A stretch of DNA of 64,000 nt, taken from positions 672,001 to 736,000 of the forward strand of contig CAVSQW010000007.1 in NCBI GenBank assembly GCA_963730185.1. Reading direction: 5' to 3'. Origin of the DNA: an uncultured Gemmatimonadales bacterium (GTDB taxonomy: Bacteria > Gemmatimonadota > Gemmatimonadetes > Gemmatimonadales > GWC2-71-9). This document shows, piece by piece, positions 10,071-20,445 of the stretch (position 1 is the stretch's first letter; each line of letters starts with the position of its first letter). The position numbers and the translations under genes are program-made. The notes under the pieces were generated by a model that was not told the origin of the DNA, did not search any database, and saw only the letters and a list, made by a program, of their open reading frames with translations.

Positions 10071-10763
10071 CTACACCAGTCCCTCCCGGATGGCCCGGCT
10101 CACCGCCTCGGCCACACTGTGCACCTGGAGCTTGGAGTAGACCCGCCGGACGTGGCTGCGGACGGTGTCGAGGCTGATCCCGAGCTGGTCGGCCACCCGC
10201 TGATAGGTAAGCCCCTGCACCAAGAGCCCGAGGACATCCTGTTCCCGCTGGGTCAGGCTCAGCCGGGTCCCGGGCGCCGCCCCGTCGGCCGGTGGGCTCT
10301 CCGCCGGCCGGGGGCGCCCGGCGGGGGTCCGGAGCAGGGTGAGCACCGTCCGAGCCACGCCCGCCGAGAGCGGGGCACCGCCCGCCATGACGGAGCGGAG
10401 CTCGGCCAGCATGTCGGCGGGCGGGGCCCGCTTGGTGAGGTAGCCGTCGGCGCCGGCGCAGATGGCTTCGAGCACCGTGTCGGCGTCCTCGAGGACGGTG
10501 AGGACCACGACCTTGATGCCGGTCATCCGGACGGCGAGGGCCCGGATACAGTCGATGCCGGTGGCGCCCGGCAGGTCCAGGTCCACCAGCGCCAGGTCCC
10601 ACCCGCGCTCCGGTGGCCCGCCGGCGCCCGGGAGGGCCGCCAGGAGGTCCTCGCCGGTGGCGAACGAGGCGGCCAGCTCGAAGCCGTCGGCGTGGCCGAA
10701 CAGGGTGGCCAGGCTGGCCCGGTACCGGTGGTCGTCCTCTACCGCGACGACGCGAATCGTCAT
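10071..10763 (-). CDS. NarL/LuxR-family response regulator
   Basis: REC domain (VEDD, LVDLDLPG, GADGYLTK) plus LuxR HTH (LTQREQDVL...TVRSHVRRVYSKL). Confidence 0.93.
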   Translation of the reverse strand: MTIRVVAVEDDHRYRASLATLFGHADGFELAASFATGEDLLAALPGAGGPPERGWDLALVDLDLPGATGIDCIRALAVRMTGIKVVVLTVLEDADTVLEAICAGADGYLTKRAPPADMLAELRSVMAGGAPLSAGVARTVLTLLRTPAGRPRPAESPPADGAAPGTRLSLTQREQDVLGLLVQGLTYQRVADQLGISLDTVRSHVRRVYSKLQVHSVAEAVSRAIREGLV

Positions 10764-13591
10764 GGGGCGCCGCCTCGGGCCAGCGTGACCCGGGTCCCGC
10801 CATCCGGCGCGGCGGTCCAGATGACCGACCCGCCGAGCGCGCGGGCCCGGCGGCGCATGCTCTCGCGGCCGAGGCCGTCCGAGCGGTCGTCGGCCGGGAG
10901 GCCGGCGCCATCGTCCTCGACCACCAGCCGCCAGGCCCGGGGTGTTCCGCCGAGGGAGAGCGTCACCTGCCGGGCTTGGGCGTGGCGGGCGGCGTTGTGC
11001 ATCGCCTCGAGTCCGATCAGGAGGACGCTTCGGCTGCCCGAGGAGTCCAGCCGAACATCGCCGGCCCACTGGGGCAGGTCGGCGGTGAAGCGGATGTCGT
11101 CGCCGGCGAAGAGGCGGGCCCCGTGCTCGGCCAGCCGGGCCGCGACATCGCCGAGGGTGCCGGCCCGGGGTCGAAGCGACCAGACCAGGTCGGAGAGGGA
11201 GGTGGCCAGCTCGCTCGCGATCTCGCCGATCGTGCCCGCCAGCGACCGCCCCTCCGGGTCGGTGTTCGGCCGATCCGCCAGGACGCCCGAGAGGATGCCG
11301 ATGCTGCCGAGTCCCGAGCCCAGCTCGTCGTGCAGGTCCATCGCGATCCGAGTGCGTTGCCGCTCGAGCCGGAGCAACATGGCCACCCGGGCGCGGTGTC
11401 CGAGATAGAGCAGCGCCGCCGCGGCAAGGGCGGCCAGGCCGAGCGCCCAGCCCTGCAGGTACCAGGGTGCCCGGACCGCGACCGAGAACGAGGCCGGCGT
11501 CGCCGACCAGTTCCGTCCGTCGAGCGAGGCGCGGACCTCGGCCCGATACTCCCCGGCGGGAAGATCGATCCAGCTGAACGAGGGACGACCGGTCTGATCG
11601 ATCCAGCCGCCGCCGGGCGTGAGGCGGACCTGGTACCGGACCCGGGTCGGGTCGCGGTACGAGAGGGCGGCGAAGCGGAGGTCGAGGCGATTGTGACGAT
11701 GGCGGAGCCGGACCGGAGCGTCCGGGGCAACGCGTGATCCGTCGACCAGGACGTCGATCAGGACCGGCTCGGGCGCCGCCAGCGGGCCCCGGCGGGCCGC
11801 GGCCGGCACCCGCGCGAGACCGAGTGAGGTCGCGACCCAGAGGGTACCGTCCGGGTCTTCGAGCACGTCCTGCCCTTCGGACGGGATGCCGTGCCAGGCG
11901 GTGAGTTCTTCCAGCACCTCCCAGCCCAGCGGCGAATCGAGGTTCTCTCGAACCCGAACCGGTGTCGCGAACCCGAGGATCCAGATGCCGCCGTCGCGCG
12001 AGGGGCGGAGGCCATAGACGGCCCGGGCCGAGAGCTGGCCGTTGCCGGGGTGCGGTTCCCACCGACCGTGATGCCGGCGCCAGACGCCCAGGCGCGACGA
12101 CCCGGCCCAGATCGAGCCGCTGGGCGTTTCCACCAGCCCCGTGATCTCGACCGCGCCGGGGATCGAGTCGCAGGCCCACTGCGCCCCGGTCGGTCGGCCG
12201 GTGGGCCGTTCGGTCCGGCAGACGGTCTCCTCGCCGGCCAGCCAGAACCGGCCGTCTCGGGCGTGGAGCAGCTGGCGTACCTCCGCCCCGGGCGGTAGGG
12301 GTGAGTCGGTCACGGTCCGGATCGGACCGCCGTCGCCGGGGGCGTGGAGAATCCCGTGATTGGTGGCGAGCCAGACGCCACCGGAACCGTCGTCCTCGAT
12401 GTCCCATTCGAGCCCGACGAACGGTCGCCGCCGGAGGGCCCGCCTCCCCGCGACCTCACGGAGCCCACCGGTGGTGGCGATCCAGAGCGTCTTCCGGGCA
12501 TCGAGGTGGAGCCGGGTTCGGCTGATCCACTCGTCGGGCAGGCTGCCGGCCACCCGGCCCGACGGCAGGTCGTCGACGTAGCCCAGACCCTGCCAGGTGC
12601 TGACGTAGACTCGAGACCCGGACCGGGCCAGGTAGCGCGTGTGGGCCGACGGGAGGCCGTGGCGGTCGTTCCAGAAGACCGTCTCCGGCTCCGGAAACTG
12701 GAGCAGGCCGCTGAAGGTGCCGAGCCAGAGGTCGCCCTCGCGGTCCACGAGGAGGGGGCCGCCCCCCTCGGGTATCTCGTCCGAGCCGATGACGGTCGAG
12801 CGCCCCGACGAATCGATCGCCGCCAGCCACCGGTCGAACGCGGCCCACACGGTCCCTCGACGCCGGACCACCGCGATCCCTCTTCCGAGGGGCGGGACCA
12901 CGGTCCTGACCCGGCCTCCGGTCGGGGCCACCACCCCGGCGTTCGAGGTGATGACCAGGGTATCACCTCGGGCGTCGACCACCACGCCGTTGGGACGGCC
13001 CACGGTCATGATCCGCCGGGTCGTCCCGTCGGCCTCGAGGCGCCAGAGGGCGACGTCGGTGCGGACCCAGACTCCCGGGCCAGGCGGTCCGTTGATCAGG
13101 AGAGGGCTCGCGCCGGCGAAGGCGGCGGGGGGCGCTTCCTGCCACTGGCCCGAGCTCGACCGCCAGCGCACCGAGCGCTGCCCGCCGACCCAAAGCGTGC
13201 CGTCGGTGTCGCACTGCACGCTGCCGGCCGAGGCCGCCTCGACCGTGCCGGTTCCGGCGACCGGCTCGGCCTCGGGACCCGCGATCCGGTAGAGGGTGCC
13301 GCCTTCCTCGATCGCGTAGAGCGTTCCGTCGGGACAGACGGTCAGGTCGTTGATCCAGCTCCGGAGCCGGGACGGAGACCAGCGGCGAACCTCCACGCCA
13401 TCCCAGCGGAGGAGCCCGCCGATGGTACCGATCCAGATGAAGCCGGCGCTGTCCTGGGCCAGACTCCGCACTGATCCGACCCGCACGCCCCCCAGCACGG
13501 CGAAGCGGCGCACCAGCCGGCTCTGGCCGTAGACCGGAGCGGCCGCGAGCACGAAGCCGAGGAACAGGACGAGCCGGCGCGCGAGAGGCAT
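10760..13591 (-). CDS. Sensor histidine kinase with periplasmic beta-propeller and Y_Y_Y domain (HisKA_3)
   Basis: Repeated D..G.(I/L)W blades, LPAGEY, a TM helix, RIAMDLHDELG, EAMHNAARHA, DDGAG. Confidence 0.9.
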   Translation of the reverse strand: MPLARRLVLFLGFVLAAAPVYGQSRLVRRFAVLGGVRVGSVRSLAQDSAGFIWIGTIGGLLRWDGVEVRRWSPSRLRSWINDLTVCPDGTLYAIEEGGTLYRIAGPEAEPVAGTGTVEAASAGSVQCDTDGTLWVGGQRSVRWRSSSGQWQEAPPAAFAGASPLLINGPPGPGVWVRTDVALWRLEADGTTRRIMTVGRPNGVVVDARGDTLVITSNAGVVAPTGGRVRTVVPPLGRGIAVVRRRGTVWAAFDRWLAAIDSSGRSTVIGSDEIPEGGGPLLVDREGDLWLGTFSGLLQFPEPETVFWNDRHGLPSAHTRYLARSGSRVYVSTWQGLGYVDDLPSGRVAGSLPDEWISRTRLHLDARKTLWIATTGGLREVAGRRALRRRPFVGLEWDIEDDGSGGVWLATNHGILHAPGDGGPIRTVTDSPLPPGAEVRQLLHARDGRFWLAGEETVCRTERPTGRPTGAQWACDSIPGAVEITGLVETPSGSIWAGSSRLGVWRRHHGRWEPHPGNGQLSARAVYGLRPSRDGGIWILGFATPVRVRENLDSPLGWEVLEELTAWHGIPSEGQDVLEDPDGTLWVATSLGLARVPAAARRGPLAAPEPVLIDVLVDGSRVAPDAPVRLRHRHNRLDLRFAALSYRDPTRVRYQVRLTPGGGWIDQTGRPSFSWIDLPAGEYRAEVRASLDGRNWSATPASFSVAVRAPWYLQGWALGLAALAAAALLYLGHRARVAMLLRLERQRTRIAMDLHDELGSGLGSIGILSGVLADRPNTDPEGRSLAGTIGEIASELATSLSDLVWSLRPRAGTLGDVAARLAEHGARLFAGDDIRFTADLPQWAGDVRLDSSGSRSVLLIGLEAMHNAARHAQARQVTLSLGGTPRAWRLVVEDDGAGLPADDRSDGLGRESMRRRARALGGSVIWTAAPDGGTRVTLARGGAP

Positions 13592-13710
13592 GGGGATGGA
13601 GGGAAGGTGGGGCGGGTGGGCGCGGGCGGGAAGGGGCGGGGGAGGCGGGGAGAGATGGGAGAGACGGGGAGGGGGACGGGTGGTCGGATCATACTAGATC
13701 TCCCCTCACA

Positions 13711-13840
13711 CCCCTCCCCATCTCTCCCCGCCTCTCCCCATCTCTCCCCATCTCTCCCCATCTCTCCCCATCTCTCCCCATCTCTCCCCATCTCTCCCCG
13801 TCTCTCCCCGTCTCTCCCCGTCTCTCCCCATCCCTCCCGA
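13711..13840. repeat. 13 x 10-bp tandem repeat, consensus TCTCTCCCCR
   Basis: Read directly; inverted copies lie at ~13646-13675. Confidence 0.9.
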
Positions 13841-13857
13841 TCTCCCTCGACTCGTCC

Positions 13858-16800
13858 CTAGAATCCCGGCACGAGACTCAACTGAAACATCCACCCCTTG
13901 TCCGGGCGATCGAGCGGGCGGACCAGGGCACCTTCCACCACGGCGAAGCCGAGCAGGTTGACCCGGAGCGCCACGCCGGTGCTGAAGACCGGGCGCCGGC
14001 CCCCGTTCGAGAGGGACAGCGGATGGGCGTTGTCCCAGGCCCAGCCGCCGTCCGCGAACAGGGCGATCTCGGTCGGCAGCGGACCGCCGTAGTAGCCGCT
14101 CCCGATGCCCAGCAGGCGGAAGAGCGGGGCGCGAACCTCGAGGTTGCCGACCAGGATCCGGCTCCCCACCAGTTGATCGAAGGCCGGACAAGCCTGGGGG
14201 TCGGCGGCCGTGGGATGACACTCGTTGGCCGAGAACGACCCGATGGTGTAGCCCCGGACCAGCCCCTGGTAGCCGAGGAAGAGGGGCGCGAGGCGCCGGT
14301 CTTCCGCGTCGCCGCCGTAGCGACCGTAGTGCATGATCCGTGCGGCCACCGTCACCGGCGAAAAGGGCGTCAGGTACTCCCGGGCGTCGCCCAGGACGGT
14401 GGCGAAGGTGAGGGAGCCGATGGTCGGGGTGATCTCGAGCCGGGCTCGTGAGCCCTTGAGCGGGCTGGTCGCGCCGAGGATGGCGTTGTCATGCACCAAG
14501 GCGGCGCTCATTTGGCCGAGATTGAGCGACGAGGGCGCCGGGAGATTCTGCTTGTCGTTGATCAGGAGCTGCCCGGTGGTGAGCGAATAGGCCCGGGTCT
14601 GCTGCTGGATGTCGAACCCGATGTTCTGATAGGCGACCCAGGTCTCGGCCCGATCGAACCGATTGAAGGGATAGGACACGCCGAAGCTCAGCTGGCGATA
14701 GGTCTGCCGGTAGAGCAGCGACTGCTGGACCAGCGCCCCCTGGCCGTTGACGGTGTCGGTGCCGACCGCGAAGGCGCCGGTGCGGATCGGCTGCTGCTGC
14801 GCCTCGATGGCCCAGTTGGCGCGGTGCGCGAGCGAGGTGTACCCCACCTGGGCGGCGATGTCTTTGAGCCCGCCGTTCACCTGGAGACCGGTCACCAGGT
14901 TCTTCCGGCCGAGGAGGTCGCCGAAGTAGAGCGCGGTGCCGCCGCCGACGTAGGTCCCGAATTGGTCGGCGCCGAAGGCGAAGGTCGGCGGGGCGACGTA
15001 GTCGAGATGGAGGTCGCCGTCGTACGGATGGACCGGAAACGAGTCGCTCGCGGGTAGCCCGTCGACCGGATTGGCCTGGAGTGACAGGACTTCCTCGCCG
15101 TGGCGCGCGACCGGCGGGAGAATCGCGGCGTCGCCGTGGCGGCGGGGGGTGGCCGCGAGGGTGGCGCCGTCCTGGGACGCCTCCCGGCGGTAGATGTCGT
15201 ACCCGTCGCCGTTGAAGACGCTGATGGCCAGGGTGCCGGTCTTCGACGCGACCGAGAGGGCCGGGCTCAGGGGAGTGATGCCGCTCACCCCGGAGTAGAG
15301 GTCGGTGACCTGTCCGATGGTATCGCGCGCCAGGTCGGCCCGGTACACGTTGGCGATGCCGTCGCGGTTGGCCACGAAGTAGAGGGCCTGGCCGTCGGGC
15401 GCCCACTCGGGGTTCACGTTGTCGGCGTCCGGGAACGACGGCGCCGGGGTGATCCGCTTGGTCACGGGGTCGATATAGGCCAGCCGGTAATGGCCCGGGG
15501 CCAGCTCCTTCAGGTTGGCCGAGTAGCGGTCGGTGGTGAAGGCGATCCGGCGTCCGTCGGGCGACCAGGCGGGGTGGAGGTCGGCCCACGCGTCGTGGGT
15601 CAGCCGCCGGCGGTTGCCGGTGTCGAGGTCCACCACGAACAAGTCGGTGAGGCCGCCGATCAGGCCCGAGAACGCGATCGAATGCCCATCGGGCGACCAG
15701 GTGGGGTTGAAGATCTCGCCCAGGTCGTCGAAGTGGAGTTCGCGCGACACGGCTCGCCGGTCCACATCCCAGATCGAGATCATCGGCCGCCCGTGCGAGA
15801 CGCCGGCGAACGCGAACCGGTGTCCGTCCCCGCTCCAGGCGCCGGCCGAGTTGATGAACTCGAGGCTCTGGAAGTGGGGATCGAGGGCCGAGTTGGTGAG
15901 CCGGGTTCGGATGGCGCCGGTCTTGGCGCTGGCGTAGTAGAGCTCGACCGAGAAGAGGTCGCGGGACGAGAGGTACATCACCGACTGGCCGTCGGGGCTG
16001 AGCACGGGCGCGAGATTGAGCGTGGTGGAATCCCCGAGGCCGGTGACCGGGCTCCAGCCCGAGCGGTCGGGCCGGCGGTCGGTGACCGAGGCGAGGTCGC
16101 GATTGGCGGCTTCCAAGGACGCCCGCCAGCGGGCCACCAGGGTGTCGGGCGGTACCCGGAGCACCGAGTCGACCGCCCGAGCAAGATCGCGAATCCGGCC
16201 GCCCCGCCGGAGCAGCTGGGCGAGGGCGTCGTCGCCCCAGGTCCCGCCGACGTAGGCCAGGAGCGCCTGGCCGAACCGGTAGGGGAAGTACCGGGGGTCG
16301 TCGACGTCGCCGAACGTCTTGGGAAAGCGGCTTTCGATCGCGGTGCGCATCCACATGGCGGTCAAGGGGTCGTTGGGACCCTTCGACAGGTATTCGGCCA
16401 TGCCCTCGGTGAACCAGAGGGGCAGGGCGTTCACGCCGGGGCTGAGGCGGGAGTTCATCCGGCCCTCGTGGCCGGTGATGTCGTATTGGAAAGCGTGGAC
16501 CAGCTCGTGGCCGATCACGTGGTTGGTCTCTTCGATCGTGCCGGCCAGCGGGAGGACGATCCGACGTTTGAGCGGCTCGGTGAAGCCGCCGGTCCCTTCG
16601 CCGAGCTGGCCGGAGGTGGTGTTGGTCTGCTCGAACTCCGGATGGCTGGCGTAGAGGATCAGCGGCTGCCGCCCGCTGAGGTCATGATGGAAGAACGTGG
16701 CCAGGCGGGCGTACCACCGCTCGGCCATCCGGGCCGCCTGAGTGGCCGCCTGACGCTCTTCCGGGTAGAAGTAGACGTCGAAATGCTTGGTCTTGAGAAC

Positions 16801-16923
16801 CTGGAACGCGAAGGAGCGGTACTGAACCTTGTTCTGCCCGAAGTACTGGGCCTGGAGCGGCGGAGCCGCGACCCCGCATATAACGACGCCGATCATGGCG
16901 ATGACGCGACGTGAGCTGAGCAC
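13858..16923 (-). CDS. Peptidase-like (HExxH) + PD40/TolB propeller + Omp85 barrel outer-membrane protein
   Basis: QYFGQNKVQY N-terminus, HELVH, WFTEGMAEY, several WSPDG repeats, VRGY barrel motif, C-terminal Phe; GTG start with GGAGG. Confidence 0.85.
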   Translation of the reverse strand: MLSSRRVIAMIGVVICGVAAPPLQAQYFGQNKVQYRSFAFQVLKTKHFDVYFYPEERQAATQAARMAERWYARLATFFHHDLSGRQPLILYASHPEFEQTNTTSGQLGEGTGGFTEPLKRRIVLPLAGTIEETNHVIGHELVHAFQYDITGHEGRMNSRLSPGVNALPLWFTEGMAEYLSKGPNDPLTAMWMRTAIESRFPKTFGDVDDPRYFPYRFGQALLAYVGGTWGDDALAQLLRRGGRIRDLARAVDSVLRVPPDTLVARWRASLEAANRDLASVTDRRPDRSGWSPVTGLGDSTTLNLAPVLSPDGQSVMYLSSRDLFSVELYYASAKTGAIRTRLTNSALDPHFQSLEFINSAGAWSGDGHRFAFAGVSHGRPMISIWDVDRRAVSRELHFDDLGEIFNPTWSPDGHSIAFSGLIGGLTDLFVVDLDTGNRRRLTHDAWADLHPAWSPDGRRIAFTTDRYSANLKELAPGHYRLAYIDPVTKRITPAPSFPDADNVNPEWAPDGQALYFVANRDGIANVYRADLARDTIGQVTDLYSGVSGITPLSPALSVASKTGTLAISVFNGDGYDIYRREASQDGATLAATPRRHGDAAILPPVARHGEEVLSLQANPVDGLPASDSFPVHPYDGDLHLDYVAPPTFAFGADQFGTYVGGGTALYFGDLLGRKNLVTGLQVNGGLKDIAAQVGYTSLAHRANWAIEAQQQPIRTGAFAVGTDTVNGQGALVQQSLLYRQTYRQLSFGVSYPFNRFDRAETWVAYQNIGFDIQQQTRAYSLTTGQLLINDKQNLPAPSSLNLGQMSAALVHDNAILGATSPLKGSRARLEITPTIGSLTFATVLGDAREYLTPFSPVTVAARIMHYGRYGGDAEDRRLAPLFLGYQGLVRGYTIGSFSANECHPTAADPQACPAFDQLVGSRILVGNLEVRAPLFRLLGIGSGYYGGPLPTEIALFADGGWAWDNAHPLSLSNGGRRPVFSTGVALRVNLLGFAVVEGALVRPLDRPDKGWMFQLSLVPGF

Positions 16924-17203
16924 CTTCCCAACCCTCCCATAACCCGCTTGCCCCGAGTCGGGCGGCGGACCTCCGTTGGTGTGAGCGTGTCCGGACGGAC
17001 ACGGAGTCCGGGTAGGCCCCGTGTCCATCCGGACACGAAGGGCCATGGGCCGCGACCGGCGCCGACGGCTCAACTCGTTGCTTTTCAAGCTGTTGCACGT
17101 TCGGCCTCCGGTCGGACGGTCGTGGCCATCCACTTGCCTTCATCAGGGGTGACCGGATTGACCCCAGGCGTTTGCACAACGCCGACACCATGAGGAGGAT
17201 GCC

Positions 17204-18235
17204 ATGCCCCGCGCCATCGCCCGTCCCGACCACCGTCCCATCGTCTTCGCCGCCGCCCTCGCGCTACTGCCGCTCGGCCTCGTCGGGTGCGGCCAGGACA
17301 AGACTCCTCCCAAGCCCGTGGTGGCCGTGGCAACGCCCACCCCGCCGTCCGAGCCGAAGGTGATCCCCGCCGGCGGCCTGCCGCCGGTCGAGAAGACCAC
17401 CCCACCGGCCACCCCGCTGACCAGCTTCGCCGAGGCCGAGACCGCCTACCACGAGGGCCGGGTCGACGAGGCCAAACGGTACTTCGAGGAGTACGTCACC
17501 TCGAAGCCCGACAATCCGTGGGGATTCTACATGCTGGGGCTCGCCGCCTCGCGAACCGGCGACCTGGCCGAAGCGGAGAAGGCGTTCGAGACATCGCTCG
17601 GGCTCGAGCCCAAGAGCGTCAAGACCCATCGGAACCTGACCCGGGTCCTGCTCGATCTCGGCCGCAACAACGAGGCGCTCGAGGAGAGCGAGGTGGCCCT
17701 GACGCTCGACTCCACGTCGGCCGAGAGCTTCCGGCTCAAGGCCCGGGCCCAGGCCAAGCTCGGTGACCCGACGTCGGCGATCGAGACCTACCGCGAGGCG
17801 CTGGCGGTCGACGACAAGGACGTCTGGTCGATGAACAACCTCGGGCTGATCTACCTCGACCAGGGCCGTCCCGACGACGCGCTGGGACCGTTGGCCCGGG
17901 CGGTGGAGCTCAAGGGCACCGCGCCGGTGTTCCAGAACAACCTCGGCATGGCGCTGGAGCGGGCCGGCTTCCCGGTCGCCGCCAAAGAGGCCTACCAGCG
18001 GGCGGTCAAGGCCGACAGCAGCTACACCAAGGCCGTGAAGAACCTGGAGCGGATCGGCGGCGTGGTGGGCGACACCACCAGGGACGCCGGCGTGAACCTC
18101 TCCGAGATGGCCGAGGTGTTTCGTCTCAACGTGCAGATGTGGAAGGACAGCAAGGGCCAGCCGCCGGTGGAGGAGCCGCCGATGATTCGGGACTCCGTCC
18201 CCGACATCGCGGTGCCGGACACCACCGGCCGGTGA
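17204..18235 (+). CDS. TPR-repeat lipoprotein
   Basis: GAGGAG RBS, lipobox LVGC, TPR motifs including NNLG. Confidence 0.88.
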   Translation: MPRAIARPDHRPIVFAAALALLPLGLVGCGQDKTPPKPVVAVATPTPPSEPKVIPAGGLPPVEKTTPPATPLTSFAEAETAYHEGRVDEAKRYFEEYVTSKPDNPWGFYMLGLAASRTGDLAEAEKAFETSLGLEPKSVKTHRNLTRVLLDLGRNNEALEESEVALTLDSTSAESFRLKARAQAKLGDPTSAIETYREALAVDDKDVWSMNNLGLIYLDQGRPDDALGPLARAVELKGTAPVFQNNLGMALERAGFPVAAKEAYQRAVKADSSYTKAVKNLERIGGVVGDTTRDAGVNLSEMAEVFRLNVQMWKDSKGQPPVEEPPMIRDSVPDIAVPDTTGR

Positions 18236-18685
18236 GGCCGAGCGGGGCAGGGTCGAGCGGGGTTCCGCGGGTGCGCGGGGCCCCGCCCATCATTGACGAG
18301 TCCCACCGCGAAGCCCTCGAGTCCGAATACGGCGAGGCCGCCCACCGCAGGTCTCAGCGAGGCCGGAGTCGTCATTGCCCAGAAGGCCGCCGCCTCTCAG
18401 AAGCCAGAACAGCAGCCCGTCGAGGTGCCTTGGGCCGCGGTGACGATCAGGACCTCGATCGTGACTCGGGGGCCCACGCGAAGCGGCCGACGGATCGGGG
18501 CCTGGCGTCCTCCGAGGCCGCACTTGCCATCGTGCGAGCGGCGGCGGATTGAAACACGTTCGGGGTCCAGCACCTCGCGCCCCCGTGGGCGGAGGCCCGG
18601 AATGACTCGTGCAAGGATACGGGGGTAGCGAGCCTCCTCTCACCAGACCGGTCCGTTCGACCGGCCTCAAGCGGAAGCAGTCAAC

Positions 18686-18982
18686 CTGAAACAGTCGCGC
18701 GATCAATTCATCCAGGAAACCAAGCGGCGCCTCGACGTCCTGAACGCCCGCCTTGCTGAAATCGAAGCCAAGGCCCGTGACGTAAGGACCTCGGTGAGCA
18801 CGGCGGTCGCCACCCAAGCCGCCGAACTTCATCGCCGTCGGGACGAGCTTCGGAGCAAGCTGACGCAACTGTCGATTGCGGGTGCGGACGCAGGGGAGCG
18901 GCTCAAGGACGGCGTGGAGGAGGCCGCCTCGGCTCTCGAGCGGGCCTTCGACGAGGCGGAGGCGGAGGTCCGGAGCGCCTGA
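18686..18982 (+). CDS. Small coiled-coil stress-type protein; start unclear (CTG or truncated)
   Basis: Helical K/E/R-rich frame ending ERLKDGVEEAASALERAFDEA; an in-frame stop at 18626 has no ATG after it. Confidence 0.45.
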   Translation: MKQSRDQFIQETKRRLDVLNARLAEIEAKARDVRTSVSTAVATQAAELHRRRDELRSKLTQLSIAGADAGERLKDGVEEAASALERAFDEAEAEVRSA

Positions 18983-19028
18983 CGTCCACGTCACCGATTG
19001 GAGCCTCAGGCCAACAGGGAGAAGGGTC

Positions 19029-19331
19029 ATGCCACAGCAGACTTGGAGTCAACGCGACGAACGAATCTACGAGCACGTCAAGCAGAGTGAGCGAGGTCGA
19101 GGCCGGGGCGCGGACCGGGCGGCCGAAATTGCCGCTCGAACCGTGAACCAGGAACGACGGAGAGAGGGCCGGACCGAAAACCGGCAGACGATGGGAACTG
19201 GAAACCCCAATACGTCCCTGGAAGACCGGACCGTGCCGCAGCTCCGCAATCGGGCTCGCGAGCTGGACATCGACGGCCGGAGCACCATGCGGAAGGCGGA
19301 GTTGATCGACGCGATCCGGACGGCAAGCTAG
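19029..19331 (+). CDS. Small protein with C-terminal Rho-N-like domain
   Basis: WS..DER.YEHVK...IAARTVN followed by LRNRARELDIDGRSTMRKAELI. Confidence 0.8.
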   Translation: MPQQTWSQRDERIYEHVKQSERGRGRGADRAAEIAARTVNQERRREGRTENRQTMGTGNPNTSLEDRTVPQLRNRARELDIDGRSTMRKAELIDAIRTAS

Positions 19332-19356
19332 GACGGAACGGATCCTGGCCGCTCCT

Positions 19357-19410
19357 CACGTGAGCCTGAGTGGAGGGACCGACACGTGAGCCTGAGTGGA
19401 GGGACCGACA
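19357..19410. repeat. Perfect 26-bp tandem duplication
   Basis: CACGTGAGCCTGAGTGGAGGGACCGA occurs twice in tandem. Confidence 0.85.
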
Positions 19411-19537
19411 TGGACTGGTGGGCCTGGATTCTGATTGCTCTCGCCGCAGTGATTCTGCTCTCTCGTCCATCGCCGGGTACCCCGCGATCAAGCGCCATCT
19501 GCGAATGCGGAGCATGGAGAGGGGAGTGCCGGGGGAA

Positions 19538-20434
19538 CTAGCGCCGGTCGGCACGTGCGATCGAGCGGCCGGGCTCGAGCCACTGCAGGAAGAGCACGGC
19601 GGCTGCCGCGAGATAGACCAGCCCCGCAGGGATCCACATGAGGAGGCCAGCCAACTGCTGGTCTTCGAGGGGGGTCAGGCCGAAGGCGGTGGTCCAGGGT
19701 CGATGGCTCGGGTACCAGGGTACGGTGGCGAAAGTGAGGAGGGCCCCGAGCGCGCTGCCCTGCAGCCCCATGGCAAACAGGTAGAGTATTCCCGCCCCGC
19801 GGTCGATCCGGACGCCGGCCGGCCGGAAGAGTACTCGCCAGAAGAGCAAGCTCGCACCCAACAGGGTGATGTGCTCCAGGGCATGGATGCCCTCGTGCGC
19901 GAGGGCCACCTCGTAAAGCCGAGGAAGGTGCCAGAGCCAGAGCAGCGCCGCGGCGAGGGCCCAACTCGGGGCCGGACGAGTCAACGGCTCGACCCGGTCT
20001 CGAAAGCCGGCCAGCCGGCGGCGGGCCGATCGGGGGAGCGCCCAGAGCACGCCTCGGCCCCAGTCGCCCAGGACCAGTAAGGGGGCCACGACGACGAGTA
20101 GCACCAGATGCTGGACCATGTGTGCCGAGAAGAGCGCTGTTGCCAGGGCATCGAGGGGCGAGACGAGGGCCAAGGCCAGCGAGACCATTCCGCCCACGAA
20201 CGCCACCGGCCTCCAGGCCGGGACGCCGCGCCCAGCACCCGCCCTGGCCCACAGGCGGCGGATCCCAAGCCAATAGGCCACTCCCAAGACGACAATCCCG
20301 ATCAGGGCACCAGGCTCGAACGTCCATGCCGACCAAATTGTCGCCGGGGTTGGGGGACGGTGTTCACCGGCCAGCCGCGCGGCAGTCTTCACCACCGGCG
20401 GGATCGCGACCAGCCAGCCGTTCCGACTCGGCAC
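19538..20434 (-). CDS. ctaG: caa3-type cytochrome oxidase assembly factor (CtaG-like); start approximate
   Basis: SPLD, FSAHMVQH, WLWHLP, EDQQLAGLLMW. Confidence 0.85.
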   Translation of the reverse strand: MPSRNGWLVAIPPVVKTAARLAGEHRPPTPATIWSAWTFEPGALIGIVVLGVAYWLGIRRLWARAGAGRGVPAWRPVAFVGGMVSLALALVSPLDALATALFSAHMVQHLVLLVVVAPLLVLGDWGRGVLWALPRSARRRLAGFRDRVEPLTRPAPSWALAAALLWLWHLPRLYEVALAHEGIHALEHITLLGASLLFWRVLFRPAGVRIDRGAGILYLFAMGLQGSALGALLTFATVPWYPSHRPWTTAFGLTPLEDQQLAGLLMWIPAGLVYLAAAAVLFLQWLEPGRSIARADRR

Positions 20435-20445
20435 CGGGACGCCGC

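Noticed and set aside
18293..18628. 111-aa ORF after the TPR gene
   Set aside because: It has a weak start and no recognisable domain.
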